From NCBI GenBank assembly GCA_965262065.1, contig OZ253497.1, forward strand, positions 493,637 through 557,636: a DNA stretch of 64,000 bases, in the 5' to 3' direction. The notes below the pieces were generated by a model, which did no database searches, was not told where the DNA came from, and was given only the letters and a program-made list of their open reading frames with translations. Source of the DNA: Dehalococcoidia bacterium (GTDB lineage Bacteria; Chloroflexota; Dehalococcoidia; Lucifugimonadales; Lucifugimonadaceae). The translations under genes and the position numbers were made by a program. This document shows, piece by piece, positions 1-8,759 of this stretch (positions are counted from its first letter, which is position 1; each line of letters begins with the position of its first letter).

Positions 1-200
1 TCCCACCGTTACACCCGGACAGATCACAACATTCCGCAATTACTTAGTCCATCCGGACGAGAAAACACGCTTTAAGTATGAGACACTCCAGGCGAAACTC
101 GGAATGCTTCGCATGGAACCCGAACACCTGCTCCACCAACAACAACAACCCGGCTTGCCAGTTTTCACCTCTTGGGTCAGGGAACTCCAGAGAATCGCAT

Positions 201-1466
201 ATGACTCAACGCGATAGGCGAGGATCGATTCCTCGCATCCATGCGTACGCGGCCAGCTTCGGTGAAGATTTGTCGTCCGACCTTATTCACGAGTATACGG
301 AGGAGGGAAACGTTGTCCTTGATCCGTTTGTCGGAGCGGGGACTGCCGCATTGGAATCAATTTTATCGAACCGGAATGCGATCGGCATCGATGTAGACCC
401 AATAGCGTGCAGAATCAGCCGGGTACTCACGTCACGCTTTAATGCTCCATATTTGGTCGCTGCCACCGAATATCTTCAAGAGAGGTTGCACAGCTTTGAA
501 CTGTTGCTAGCCTCCGAACCTGACGTGTATCACGATCTAGGTCCCGGCAGCACATTCAAGATAGGTCCTTGCGTCTTCCACGTTCCCGGCGAGCCAGCCA
601 TCGCCTACTGGTTCGACCCCAGCCACATGGCAACACTCTCCATTGTTCGAGCAATGGTTGCCGGCGAGCGAGATCCTCTCGTACGGCAGGCCTTTGAGGT
701 CGCGATTTCATCTTCCATCATCCGAAAGTGGCCAAACACGCTCAGCTATGCTAGGGATATTGACCACTCGCGTCCGCATAGGCCTCATAACCCGAGGGCA
801 CAAACCATCGAAGCTCAGTTCGCCCTCTTTCATCGGATACTAGGTCGGATAACAGATACCGTCTTAGGTATCCAAGAGAATCTCGCATTCGTCGAATCCT
901 CGGCGACAATTATTGAAGGTGACTCGGTCAGCCGATTATCTATGATCGACTCGGACTCCATAAATTTCGTTCTGACGTCCCCACCGTATCTAAATGCAAT
1001 TGATTATCCCCGCGCTCACAAGTTCTCTCAGTGGTGGATTTCGCCGGATATAGCACCCTTAGGGCGATCTGAATACTTGGGACTACGCCAGTCTGCTGTT
1101 AACAATTCCGATGGAGACTGTTTGTCGGAGATTCCTACGCTTTCCGAGCCTCTTGCCCCTTTTAGAGACATACCAATCTACAGAACGATCTCACGCTATG
1201 TATTGGATCTCGCCACGGTTATAGACCAACTCCATCGAGTTGTTAAGGCAAGAGCAAAGGTGGTTTTTGTTGTCGCTGACAACGTTATTGCGGGAACTGT
1301 CTTGCCGGTCTCCACAATCATCGAGAATCTTTTGAAGCGCAGCGGCTTCTCTTCTGTTGTCGCAACCGGTCGCAACATAAAGAACACAAGAAGGCGCTAT
1401 CCCTTTGGGGTCAACGGTTTCGCTGGTCCTATGAAGCACGAGTATCTGGTCACCGGAGTCAAATAG
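201..1466 (+). CDS. DNA methyltransferase (N4-cytosine/N6-adenine class), no partner nuclease visible in window
   Basis: ORF track 78..1466. SAM motif I 'VLDPFVGAGTAALES' lies near the N-terminus and catalytic 'VLTSPPY' about 215 aa later. I prefer the ATG at 201 because residues 1-41 of the tracked ORF are low-complexity (NNNN). Confidence 0.8.
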   Translation: MTQRDRRGSIPRIHAYAASFGEDLSSDLIHEYTEEGNVVLDPFVGAGTAALESILSNRNAIGIDVDPIACRISRVLTSRFNAPYLVAATEYLQERLHSFELLLASEPDVYHDLGPGSTFKIGPCVFHVPGEPAIAYWFDPSHMATLSIVRAMVAGERDPLVRQAFEVAISSSIIRKWPNTLSYARDIDHSRPHRPHNPRAQTIEAQFALFHRILGRITDTVLGIQENLAFVESSATIIEGDSVSRLSMIDSDSINFVLTSPPYLNAIDYPRAHKFSQWWISPDIAPLGRSEYLGLRQSAVNNSDGDCLSEIPTLSEPLAPFRDIPIYRTISRYVLDLATVIDQLHRVVKARAKVVFVVADNVIAGTVLPVSTIIENLLKRSGFSSVVATGRNIKNTRRRYPFGVNGFAGPMKHEYLVTGVK

Positions 1467-1554
1467 ATCAAATAGCCAATGCTTGTCAGCCGACTCCCAC
1501 CTCCGACTTCACCGTCTGCTTCGCAAAGAACATCGCGATAGTCTTCACCGGTAA

Positions 1555-1776
1555 GATCACGGCGAAGATCGTGAATCGCAGGGTTTAGGATCCGGTCCAC
1601 CACCAGCCGAGGTTCTGGCCGTTGGAGGAGCCGCAGGATTCCATGCGTTTTGGCTAGCGGCCAAAGGATACGAAGTTCATTTCGATGATCCTGTACAGCG
1701 TCACATTAACACGGCCAAGGAAGTGGCTTCTCAGGGCCGTACGTACGCTAGAGAATATTCTGGACACGTGCTGTAA
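1555..1776 (+). pseudogene. start-less fragment of a class I SAM-dependent methyltransferase
   Basis: Hand translation of a frame not in the ORF track: ..PPPAEVLAVGGAAGFHAFWLAAKGYEVHFDDPVQRHINTAKEVASQGRTYAREYSGHVL*. It shows the Rossmann motif I/II pattern hhxhGxGxG..LAxxGxxVxxxD. The frame opens directly after TAA 1552-1554, has no ATG/GTG/TTG, and stops at TAA 1774-1776. Confidence 0.4.
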
Positions 1777-2318
1777 CGGGCGCCCCCCAGTCACAAATCC
1801 CCGTTCCTCGACGCCTCCGAACCCACCAAACAACCCCTCAACACCCATCCCACCCCGAACACCGCGTACGCCAGAGTGCCCTAGATCAACGAAAGCATGA
1901 TCGTAAACCACACCGGCTCAACATCCGCATTGCTCACACCGTATATGGCGAATGCGACAGACAGACTAACCAGCACGATGATCATCACAAAAACCCCGTT
2001 GATCAGTCTTGGCGACAACAACCCGGCAACAAAGGAAGCCGCCATCGCCACCACGAAAACCAGGATCTGAAGCCAGGTCTCCTTGGATTCAAGCCAGGTG
2101 AAATTCAGCGCGATCCCGAACCTGTCCTATTCCCGTGCAGCTGCGACAGTCGCAAGCCCCCCGCTGAAAACACCCCGGTAAGCTGGCCAGCCTCTCCTTA
2201 CTCGTCTTTCCGGACTTGTTCCGGAACCTAGGGGAGCGGGGCCACGCGAACACCGGAGCCACCTCACCCGTCGCGCAAAACGGTACTACCCCCATCTCCT
2301 CTCCCCGCCACTCCCCCC

Positions 2319-3602
2319 TTGACCCCAACCGCCCACACCCATTACCGTAGAACATATGTTCGCCACAGAACAACAAACCGAACAAACCACCAACCCCTCG
2401 CCGACATCATCCGCGAGGAGACCGACGACGGCCGGCTCGTAATCCGCTTCCTCATCGATGTCATGCAGGGCAAGGTCGATGATTCCAAACCCTGCCACCG
2501 CCTCGACGCCGCGCGGCAACTCCTCAACCTCGGCTTCCGTGGCGCACAAACCGTCATGCAGTCCGCCTCCCAGTCGGCCGGCGTCCGCGCGCCTTCTTCC
2601 ACCTCCGGCAATTCCAGCGTAAATCAGGAACTTGCAGACATCATCAAGTCGGAAACATCCAACGGCAGGGACATCGTCCGATTCCTCGTCGACGTCATGC
2701 AGGGCAACCTGGGCGATTTCAAACCGCACCACCGCATCACAGCCGCTAAAGAGCTGCTCCGACGGGGATTCGACAGCTCCCCCGGTCACACCAACAACGA
2801 GTACGAAGACCATGACGAATCGTTCGACGATGACCCCAGTAGCCCCAATTACGTGGACCCCAACGCTATCCGGCGCAACAAGGAAAACGACCCGTTCGAC
2901 TTCGAAAACTACGACGAAGAGCAATACCGGCGCGACGGACACGGCGGCAGGGCCTTAAGACACATCTACGGCAACTGGGAAACCATGATAGTGGCCATCG
3001 ATGCAGCCAACCATTCCCGGCACGACGCCCACATCCCCGACCGCGATTTCACCCCGACTGAGAACCCCGAGGACGACCCCTACGGCAAAGGTTGCTACGG
3101 ATACAACGCTCTGCGCTTTTATTTCCGTGACAACAAGGCCATCAGAGCCGCCAACGAGGCAGTCGAGGAATACAAGAAGCGAAAGGCCGAACGCCCCGAA
3201 GATGAAACAGCACGCGAAGGACCACCTGTGGATCGCCCGTCCTGTTGCTTCCCAAAACCCACCGCTCCTTCTTCCTCCGAAGAAGACGACACAATGCCTC
3301 CAGATCACTGGTCCCGTAAGTACATGGAACGCATCCGCAATCGCTCCATCGAAACAGACGAACCCTCTAAAGACGCGGCCCCCGATCAGTCCGAACCGAT
3401 CCAACCTCCCGAAAGTCCATACACCAGCGAGTCCGAGCCCGGCCAGTCCAAGTCCCACAAATTATCCGACGCCAAGGACCCGCCCAGGAAAAGACCCGTG
3501 AAAATCTTCGTCGGCCCGCCGGACGAAGACCCGCGCCAATGCAGGGACCCAGGCGACTTCCAAGGCGCGATCGACAGCATCCGGTCAGCTGGCGTTTTCT
3601 GA
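2319..3602 (+). CDS. hypothetical protein with tandemly duplicated ~47-aa module and acidic/Pro-rich tail
   Basis: ORF track 427 aa. Module 1 is 'LADIIREETDDGRLVIRFLIDVMQGKVDDSKPCHRLDAARQLLNLGF' and module 2 is 'LADIIKSETSNGRDIVRFLVDVMQGNLGDFKPHHRITAAKELLRRGF' (28/47 identical by hand). The start is uncertain: the track start is TTG 2319, and there is no in-frame ATG before the first module. Confidence 0.55.
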   Translation: MTPTAHTHYRRTYVRHRTTNRTNHQPLADIIREETDDGRLVIRFLIDVMQGKVDDSKPCHRLDAARQLLNLGFRGAQTVMQSASQSAGVRAPSSTSGNSSVNQELADIIKSETSNGRDIVRFLVDVMQGNLGDFKPHHRITAAKELLRRGFDSSPGHTNNEYEDHDESFDDDPSSPNYVDPNAIRRNKENDPFDFENYDEEQYRRDGHGGRALRHIYGNWETMIVAIDAANHSRHDAHIPDRDFTPTENPEDDPYGKGCYGYNALRFYFRDNKAIRAANEAVEEYKKRKAERPEDETAREGPPVDRPSCCFPKPTAPSSSEEDDTMPPDHWSRKYMERIRNRSIETDEPSKDAAPDQSEPIQPPESPYTSESEPGQSKSHKLSDAKDPPRKRPVKIFVGPPDEDPRQCRDPGDFQGAIDSIRSAGVF

Positions 3603-3839
3603 CCGGTTCATGAATCGGACCGGCGCACGCCCTCGCCCCACTGTCTTTGCAACAAAATGCCTTTGCCACCGTGCCGCGTCGTAGGGGCGTTGGGATCTGG
3701 GCGCCCGTTGGGGAGGGCCATGTTAACCGTCGATCGGAAACGGATCGCGCCCAGTCCGGGTCCTCGATCCGAAACCCAGCGACGCGCGGACGACGGGGTG
3801 ATCCGCGGCGCGGCGGTCGCTCCGGGGACGAGGCCTCCG

Positions 3840-5276
3840 CTAGAGCTTCTCCAGCTGCTCCACGACGGTTTCGGCGGAAACCTGGTGGGTGAAGCTCCTA
3901 CCGATGCTCTGCCAGACAACGGCGCCCGATTTGTCAATCAGGAATACCGACGCCGCTGCAAGGCCATCGCCAAACAGGTCGAAGACCTCGTAACCCGCCG
4001 GGACGGCGCTGTCACCGCCGGTGTAAAGCATGGGGAACTGCGGCCCGACCTGCTGAATCAGGGTCTCCGAACCTTCAAAATTGTCCGTGCTGATCGCAAC
4101 CACCTCGGCATCGAGGCCAGCGATTGAAGCGTAATTGTCGTTCAGCTCGACGAGCTGCTGTCGGCAGAAACCTCACCAGAACGCCCTGTAGAAGACCAGC
4201 ACGACGTTCTTGTTGCCCTCGTAGTCGTCAAGACTCACCTGGCCGCCGTGAGCGTTCGGAAGGTTGAAAGCGAAGGCCTTGTCTTCATCGTCCTCGAACG
4301 TGATAGGCGGGGCCGTCGTTGCGGTCGGTTCCGGTATGGCGGTGGGCGCGCGCGTTGCGATTGGATTGCGCACGGGCGTGGGCGTGGGGGCGGACTTTGA
4401 AGTGGGAGTGTCGGCAGGCGCCTCGGTCGCGCCCGGAGCGGCCGTCGGGGAGGGTTGTCCAGGCGCGGCGGTGGGCGTGTCGTCAGGCGGGGTCGCCGCG
4501 GTCGCCGCCGGGGCGGGTGTATCGGCGGGGGCGGTAGTGGGCGTCGGTACGACTGGCGGGCTCTTCACAAACTCGGGCGGCGGCCCGGACATGAAGTCTC
4601 GCGCCACTTTCAGTATGTCCTCGGCGTCCGGCCTGTCCCCGGCGTGCCTGCCTATATAGGCGGCTACGAGGTGGCCGGCCGGGGCGAAAACGAACATGGA
4701 CGGCGCCGAAACTCCGTCACCGAGCAGGTCGTAGACGTTCCACGAGCGGGCGACGGCGGTGGTGGTGTCGTACAGCACCGGGTAGGTGAGTTCATTCCTC
4801 TTTACCATCTCCTCGGCCTGCGGCCTGCTATCGACGCTGATGGCGATTATCTCGAGGTCGAGGGCCTGGAACTCCCGGTACCTTTCCTGCAGCTCGACGA
4901 GCTGCCCGTGGCAAATCTCTCAGAAATAGCCCCGATAAAAAACGACGACGACCGGTTGCTTGCCGATGTAGTCGGCGCTGTTAAATTCGCCACCGCCGGC
5001 CTTGGGCAATGTGAACTCGGGGAAGCCGGCCGGGTCGTAGCTTTGAACTAGCAGGAGAGTCTTGGGAGGCGTGGGCGTGGACGTAGATTTGACGGCAGGG
5101 GCCTGCGTCGACTCTCCCGGCGCCTGGGTCGGGCTGCTCGTCTGGGAGTCAGAACTGCACGCGACGGCCGCAAAGGCAGCTACCAACATGGTTGCCAAAG
5201 CCGCAAATCCGTGCCTTGGCAAAATTCGAAAACTGCTTCGACTTGTCACTGATATTCCCCGCGCCGCGATAGCCAT
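3840..5276 (-). CDS. exported tandem two-domain peroxiredoxin-like/redoxin (thioredoxin fold) with two in-frame UGA codons, probable selenoprotein (2 x U-x-x-C)
   Basis: Track ORFs 4920..5276, 4173..4808 and 3840..4103 (all minus) share one frame. They are separated only by TGA at 4920-4922 and 4173-4175. The gaps translate without stops: EICHGQLVELQERYREFQALDLEIIAISVDSRPQAEE and GFCRQQLVELNDNYASIAGLDAE. Contexts are 'VVVFYRGYF-U-EIC-HGQLVEL' and 'VLVFYRAFW-U-GFC-RQQLVEL', which match the F-Y-R-G-x-W-C-x-x-C-x-x-Q-L redoxin motif. There is an N-terminal signal peptide with 'FAAVAC' and a ~90-aa Pro/Thr/Ala linker between domains. Confidence 0.8.
4143..4157 (-). promoter_or_regulatory. candidate bacterial SECIS hairpin for UGA-2
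   Basis: The mRNA reads UGA + 15 nt, then CAGCUC-GUC-GAGCUG: a 6-bp stem with the same GUC loop. Sequence and spacing match the hairpin after UGA-1. Confidence 0.5.
4889..4905 (-). promoter_or_regulatory. candidate bacterial SECIS hairpin for UGA-1
   Basis: The mRNA reads UGA + 14 nt, then GCAGCUC-GUC-GAGCUGC: a perfect 7-bp stem with a 3-nt loop starting with G-U. Confidence 0.5.
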
Positions 5277-5300
5277 TTGGCCGCGACTTTACGTAATTAT

Positions 5301-6458
5301 CTACGCCTGCATCAACTTCAAGGTTTCTTCTACGGCCTGGAACGCGTCGTCGATGTCGGCCGGGTCGACCCAGCCCATGTGACCGACCCGGAAGATCTTG
5401 CCCGTGAGCTCCTGCTGGCCGCCACCCAATACTACGTCAAAGTTAGCACGTACACGCGCGACCAGATCCTTGCCGTCTATGTCCTCCGGCAACTTCACCG
5501 CGGTCACGGTGGCGGACGCGTATCGTTCTTCAGGCAGGATCTCCAGGCCGAGGGAACGGGCCCTTTTCCTTGTGTGCTCCGCGATCATGTCGTGCCGGGA
5601 AAAGACGTTTTCGACGCCTTCTGCGACCATCCTGTCGAGCGTTCGCTCCAGCGTGTACATCGCAGGCAGGCAGGGTGTGAACGGCGGCTGGCCGATCTCC
5701 AGGTAGTCGCGATACTGCTCCACGTCGAAGTAGTACCGCGGCATCTTCGCCGTCTCGTGCGCCCGCCACGCCTTTTGGCTGAACGACACCATGCTGATGC
5801 CGGGGGGCGATACCCACGATTTCTGGGAGGCCGTCGCCACGACATCGATGCCCCAGGCGTCGACCGATATGGGGGCGCCGCCCGCGCTGCTGACGGCGTC
5901 GACCAATACGAGGGCATCGGAGTTCTGGTGGACGGCTGTGGCGATTTCCTGCAACGGGTTTGTCGTTCCGGTGGAGCTTTCGTTGTGAGTAAACAGGACC
6001 GCCTTGCAGTCCGGCATGTCCGCAAGGGCCTGCGCGACCTCGTCCGGATCGGCGGCCTTCCCGAGCGGAAACTCGAGGCGCGTTACATCGGCCCCGTACG
6101 CCTCGGCGATCTCGGCGAATCGTTTGCCGAACACGCCAATGACGAGAGACAGCACCTTGTCGCCGGGCGACAGCGTGTTGACCACGGCCGTCTCCATGCT
6201 GCCGGTGCCGGATGAGGTGATGAAATAGACATCGTCGGCAGTGGCGAAGACCGTCTGCAGATTGCGGGTCATGCGGTCGAGCATCGCGGCGTATTCGGGG
6301 CCGCGGTGATTGATCATCTGGGAACCGGCGAGTTCCAGCACGTCATCGGGCAGGGGGACAGGACCGGGGATTCGCAGATTTACCCTCGATCGTTCAGTTG
6401 TGGTCATTGTTGTCTCCGGTTGAACGGGACGTTCGGCATCCGCCGTCCCACGTTTCAA
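5301..6458 (-). CDS. class V aminotransferase (alanine-glyoxylate / serine-pyruvate aminotransferase family)
   Basis: ORF track 385 aa. It has 'RIPGPVPLP' near the N-terminus and the PLP-lysine context 'ATASQKSW'. The start may be the internal MTTTERS (about 6407). It ends 24 nt upstream of the redoxin gene start. Confidence 0.8.
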   Translation of the reverse strand: MKRGTADAERPVQPETTMTTTERSRVNLRIPGPVPLPDDVLELAGSQMINHRGPEYAAMLDRMTRNLQTVFATADDVYFITSSGTGSMETAVVNTLSPGDKVLSLVIGVFGKRFAEIAEAYGADVTRLEFPLGKAADPDEVAQALADMPDCKAVLFTHNESSTGTTNPLQEIATAVHQNSDALVLVDAVSSAGGAPISVDAWGIDVVATASQKSWVSPPGISMVSFSQKAWRAHETAKMPRYYFDVEQYRDYLEIGQPPFTPCLPAMYTLERTLDRMVAEGVENVFSRHDMIAEHTRKRARSLGLEILPEERYASATVTAVKLPEDIDGKDLVARVRANFDVVLGGGQQELTGKIFRVGHMGWVDPADIDDAFQAVEETLKLMQA

Positions 6459-6473
6459 GAATACGCCTTGGGA

Positions 6474-7790
6474 TTACCTGACGCGCATCAGTCGATGGTC
6501 CTTCGAGCCTCGCCTCAAAACGAGCACGCGGCCGTCGATCAGGTCGTCCGTTGTCACAGTCCGCCTCGAGTCGTCGACCCTTACGCCGTTCAGGTACAAC
6601 CCGCCCTGCTGGACCAATCTTCTGGCCTCGCCGGCGGAGGAACACAGTTCCTGGCCGATTGCGACGCTTTGAAGGGTTACCGCGGCGTTATCGATTTCAT
6701 GCTTCGAAATGTACCCGCCGGGCGCGCCATCGAACCCGTCTTCGATCTCCGACGCGGAAAGGTCCCTGACGTCGCCTCCAAACAATGCACGGGTTACGCG
6801 CTCCGCCTGGTCCAGGCCGTTCTGGCCGTGCAGGAGCAGCGTAATGTCCCGCGCCAACTGACGTTGGGCCGCCCTTTTTTGAGGTTCAGCCTTTAAGCCG
6901 TGTTCCAGTTCAGGAAGTTGGTTGGGAGTGACGTCCGTAAAAGTCTTCAGATAGGAGATGACATCGGCGTCGGCCGTGTTCAAAAAGAACTGGTAGAGAC
7001 GATACGGGGAGGTCTCATCGGGATTTATCGACGGTGCGCCGCCTATGCTCTTCCCGAACTTTTCGCCCGAAGCGGTCGTGATGAGCGGGTAGACGAGGGC
7101 GTGCCCTTTGCTTCTGCCGATCCCTGCCTGCGTCGCTTCCACGCCGTGGACCCGCCGTATCAGTTCGACCCCGGCAAGTATGTTGCCCCACTGGTCGCTG
7201 CCGCCCATCTGAAACGTGCAGTTGTAATCTTCGTAGAGCCGCAGGAAGTCATAGGCCTGCAACAGCATGTAACTGAACTCGGTGTACGAGATGCCGCTTT
7301 CCCTGTCGAGCCTGGACTTCACCGACTCCTTGGCCATCATGTAGTTGACGCTGAGATGCTTGCCGATGTCCCGCATGAATTCGACCAACCGAAGTTCCAG
7401 CAGCCAGTCGGCGTTGTTGATCAGTCTCGCCGGATTGCTCTTGGCGTTGAAATCGAGAAACTGCTCTAGTTGCAGACGGATGAGTTCCGTGTTGCGCTCG
7501 ATCTGTTCGATATCAAGAAGCGCGCGTTCTTCCGCCCGTCCCCCGGGATCCCCGATCATGCCCGTGCCACCGCCGACCACCGCGATGGGGGTGTGGCCGT
7601 GGCGCTGCAGGCGTACGAGTCCGAGAATCGGGACCATATTGCCGATATGCAGACTGGTCGCCGTGGGATCGAAGCCGTTGTAGCAGGTAACTTTTTCGTT
7701 TCGCAGCGCATCGGCGGCCCCGGCCGTCATGTCATAGATCGAGCCGCGCCAGTGAAGCTCGTCGTATGCGTTGGCGAATGGACTACTCAT
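6474..7790 (-). CDS. tyrS: tyrosine--tRNA ligase
   Basis: HIGH motif 'SLHIGN', KMSKS-equivalent 'EKFGKS', C-terminal S4 domain 'RRLVQQGGLYLNGVRV'. Confidence 0.95.
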   Translation of the reverse strand: MSSPFANAYDELHWRGSIYDMTAGAADALRNEKVTCYNGFDPTATSLHIGNMVPILGLVRLQRHGHTPIAVVGGGTGMIGDPGGRAEERALLDIEQIERNTELIRLQLEQFLDFNAKSNPARLINNADWLLELRLVEFMRDIGKHLSVNYMMAKESVKSRLDRESGISYTEFSYMLLQAYDFLRLYEDYNCTFQMGGSDQWGNILAGVELIRRVHGVEATQAGIGRSKGHALVYPLITTASGEKFGKSIGGAPSINPDETSPYRLYQFFLNTADADVISYLKTFTDVTPNQLPELEHGLKAEPQKRAAQRQLARDITLLLHGQNGLDQAERVTRALFGGDVRDLSASEIEDGFDGAPGGYISKHEIDNAAVTLQSVAIGQELCSSAGEARRLVQQGGLYLNGVRVDDSRRTVTTDDLIDGRVLVLRRGSKDHRLMRVR

Positions 7791-8716
7791 GGCAGTGCTC
7801 CAAGGAGGGCTCGCGTCTCCTCTACGTCTTTTCTGATCTGATCGGTCAACTCGGGAACGCCGTCAAAGGCGACTTCACCCCTCAGACGACGCACGAACTG
7901 CAAGGTCAGGCGCCGGCCGTATATGGAACCGTCGAAATCTAGGAGATACGCCTCGATAGTCCTGGCGCCCTCGCCGAAAGTGGGCCGCACCCCGATGCTG
8001 GTGGCGGCAAGCCGTTTCGTACCGTCGTCGAGCAAAGCACGGGTGGCGTATATGCCGTCCATCGGTAGTACGGAGTCCTCCGCTACGGACAAGTTCGCGG
8101 TCGGATAACCAAGGACCCTGCCCCGGTGTTCGCCGTGTGTAACCGGCCCCGACAGGCTGAAATCCCGGCCAAGCAAGGTGGCGGCTTTCTCCACCTGCCC
8201 GCTCTCGACGCATTTGCGAATCGACGATGATGAGACGAAGTCTTCTCCGACCTTCGCAGGCGGCGCCTCCACGACTTCGAACCCGTTCTGCCGGCCCATC
8301 GCCACCAGCTCCGCGTTGCCCAGCCTGTCATGGCCCTGGCGGGCGCCCGGGCCGATGACCAACACCTTCAGTCCGACCGCCTCCATCAACGTTTGGATGA
8401 ACTCCGACGCTGTAAGTCGCCGCACGGAATCATCGAAATCCACCGGGGCCACGACATCCAGGCCGACACCCTCCAGCAGTTCGAGCCGTTCCTCGAACGG
8501 GCACAGGTAGCGGGCAGGATGATCGGGGTGAATCACGCTGCGGGGCTGTTGGCGAAACGTGATCGCCACTGACGCAAGAGACCGTTCGGCGGCCGCCGTC
8601 ATTGTGGCGCGCAACAGCGAACGATGGCCAAGATGCACGCCGTCGAACGTACCGACACAGACCGCCGATCCGCGTGCTTGTCCAACGCGGGCGGAAAGTG
8701 CGTCAGACAGTTTCAT
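7787..8716 (-). CDS. ribF: bifunctional riboflavin kinase / FMN adenylyltransferase
   Basis: 'GTFDGVHLGHRSLL' and 'GEHRGRVLGYPTANL'. Its TGA stop overlaps the tyrS ATG (ATGA). Confidence 0.95.
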   Translation of the reverse strand: MKLSDALSARVGQARGSAVCVGTFDGVHLGHRSLLRATMTAAAERSLASVAITFRQQPRSVIHPDHPARYLCPFEERLELLEGVGLDVVAPVDFDDSVRRLTASEFIQTLMEAVGLKVLVIGPGARQGHDRLGNAELVAMGRQNGFEVVEAPPAKVGEDFVSSSSIRKCVESGQVEKAATLLGRDFSLSGPVTHGEHRGRVLGYPTANLSVAEDSVLPMDGIYATRALLDDGTKRLAATSIGVRPTFGEGARTIEAYLLDFDGSIYGRRLTLQFVRRLRGEVAFDGVPELTDQIRKDVEETRALLGALP

Positions 8717-8759
8717 TTCGGTCCAACCCTGCCAGCCGATCCGAAGACCGGCGCCGCTG

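Noticed and set aside
1397-1603. 68-aa minus-strand ORF overlapping the methyltransferase 3' end
   Set aside because: It overlaps the well-supported methylase by about 70 nt and has no motif. It could be a remnant, but nothing supports it.
1881-2100. Minus-strand hydrophobic reading frame (..LQILVFVVAMAASFVAGLLSPRLINGVFVMIIVLVSLSVAFAIYGV..)
   Set aside because: It looks like a membrane-protein tail, but it has an upstream in-frame stop and no convincing start codon. I noted it only as a possible gene remnant within the left-edge block.
2286-3669. Several minus-strand and alternative-frame ORFs overlapping 2319..3602
   Set aside because: They overlap one another in all frames. Only the plus-frame ORF shows an internally duplicated, sensible module. 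The others have repetitive Gly/Val or Arg/Pro translations.
3840-5276. Alternative readings of the redoxin locus: three separate genes, a pseudogene with two nonsense mutations, or a TGA-reassigned genetic code
   Set aside because: The middle and last ORFs would begin inside thioredoxin folds and lack signal peptides. Both TGAs fall on the homologous catalytic Cys codon. TGA terminates several well-supported genes in this window (ribF, trpA, thiG, thiE, tsaD), so the code is standard. The pseudogene option is not fully excluded without the Sec machinery.
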